A stretch of 64,000 nt of DNA from Daphnia carinata (taxonomy: Eukaryota). The stretch spans positions 8,184,001 to 8,248,000 of the forward strand of contig NC_081331.1 of the NCBI RefSeq assembly GCF_022539665.2, written 5' to 3'. Positions 62,292-64,000 of the stretch are shown in pieces. Each line of letters begins with the position of its first letter. The stretch's first letter is position 1. The position numbers were made by a program, and so were the translations under genes. The notes under the pieces are model-generated. The model saw nothing but the letters and a program-made list of their open reading frames with translations, did no database searches and had not been told where the DNA came from.

Positions 62292-63101
62292 TTACATATC
62301 TAGTTTCTGTTGCATTTATGCATTTAGTTGTTGGCTTTCCGCAGACTGCTTCACCACATTATTTGTTGGCTTTCAACAAAATGTTTCACTGCCTTAGAAT
62401 GGTATAGGAGATATGATACGAGTACTACTGCAATTCTAAAAACTTAACTAGGTGAAAACCTGCTGTGCAGTGGAATATAGTGACAAGGACTATTATAACT
62501 TTCCAAAGTCATAATTTTTATGATAGAATAAGACAAAACTTTTAATGAAATGAGCTTTATGTTGTAAAAAAAATTCTGTATTCAAATCAGATTGTATTTC
62601 CTTAAAAATATTTTTGCACCACAAGTAGAATCAGGATAGGCAGGCAGAATTGGGCGCATTGGGGTCGATATCAGAACAACCGGGAAAAACAATTCGATCA
62701 ACCTGATTGGGTTGGGAGCATACAAAGTTCACCCTGTACCTCTAAGATAATGCCCATTCCACCCGATGCCCCAAATTGCTAACGCCGATTGGCTCGGGCT
62801 CGATCCCTGCTTCTATCTCATCTCCTATACCTTGTACATGCCTTCATGCGATAATCTCGTCCATTTTCCAAACTGAGCAGCCAAAACGCTATCAGTTGCA
62901 AAATATCAACGCCATCTCTTGTTCACAAATACTTTCGTTATTTGTTTACGTTTATGTATGCATTACAATTTTTTAATTTTCATAAATTTTATTTTGTTAT
63001 GGGGAATGTGATTTAGGTAAACAACGATGTGTTTTCATAGAAATTTACAATAGAAACTGAGAATAGATAGTAATTCGTCGTTACCATTGCAACAGTATAT
63101 A

Positions 63102-63910
63102 GGGGAGACTGGGGTGAGCCGGGACAGTGGGTGAAGTGGGACAGCTAGAGGAAAAATAGAAGTAATTGATTTAAAATTTCAAAAAAATATATGTTATTAG
63201 TATTTGTGTTTCCTATTTAGGGTAAAAGTTTTAAACGAATATGTGAAAAAATACGAAAGTTATGTAGAAAATTTAAAAAACGGTATTTTTTTCCTTAAAT
63301 TTTTCGCCGCCATTTAGTGTTTTTCTTCACAATACTACAAGTAGTTAATATTTTATACATACAAACAGGTAGTCTATTCATTTCTCTATCGTTTGCAAAA
63401 AAAAATTTAATTTTAGGACCATTATTTTGAGGGGAAATTGTATTTTTACCAAAAGACTTTTTTTGGGGCTAGTTGGGACAGCAAATGTGCCTGAAATTGA
63501 ACAGTAGTGGGTGGAGTTAAAGGCGGAGCTACAAAAACAGCGTTGCATTAATTAGTAAAAAAGTTACATTTCTAACTAACTTACTTTTTAAAAAAAAAGA
63601 GTATATCTAGTAGTATCCTACTGATTTATTACAATTTTTTAAATGTATTTTATGAGTATAAACTTAGGGTGTCCCACATCACCCACCCTGGTGTCCCAAT
63701 TCACCCAACACCATAGGCTCCTCCCTCAAATTTTTCAAAACTTTAAAAATCTGTAAAACGTAAATTATTTATTATAAAAATCGGGAAAAAAACACGGAGG
63801 TAAAGAAAGGTACAACAAAAATATAAATCCAGTCAAAAATAAAATCAAGCAATTTGTGAAGGAGTTATGGAACAAAAACAAAAGGTGTCCCAAATCACCC
63901 CAGTCTCCCC
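63102..63910. mobile_element. Non-autonomous pogo-like MITE
   Basis: TIR GGGGAGACTGGGGTGA...TCACCCCAGTCTCCCC, TA on both sides, internal GGGACA/TGTCCC repeats. Confidence 0.9.
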
Positions 63911-64000
63911 TACGGGTATTTTTTGTGCGCTGCAATACCAGTGTTCTGTCGAATAAGACTTTCGAATAAAATTTCGAATAGAATAACGCAAAAAATCGAA

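Overview
Eukaryotic, intron-containing DNA with short (~60-75 bp) GT-AG introns. An arthropod such as a Daphnia-like crustacean is inferred, not proven. The right part holds two apparently intact host genes on the minus strand: RFC2 (37.0-38.9 kb) and a DRAK/STK17-like kinase (44.7-56.7 kb). The left ~36 kb is a rearranged, TE-dense block. It starts with frameshifted trichoplein-like and annexin remnants. Next is a shattered multi-Tudor-domain gene arranged as nested inverted repeats, with ~2-kb arms at 4794-6764 and 17164-19216 enclosing a Ty3/gypsy element that has intact gag/pol and a -1 frameshift signal. Then come a pogo-like transposon, BEL/Pao and gag remnants, a P-like THAP element, and several non-autonomous DNA transposons. 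Two observations stand out. (1) A 2.06-kb non-coding hAT-like element (26819-28877) carries six highly diverged cassettes, each keeping a DRE palindrome (TATCGATA) 101-104 bp upstream of the B box of a tRNA-like Pol III unit; related tRNA-like units sit in three CMC/EnSpm-like elements. (2) The Tudor palindrome could make hairpin RNA against a piRNA-pathway-type gene.
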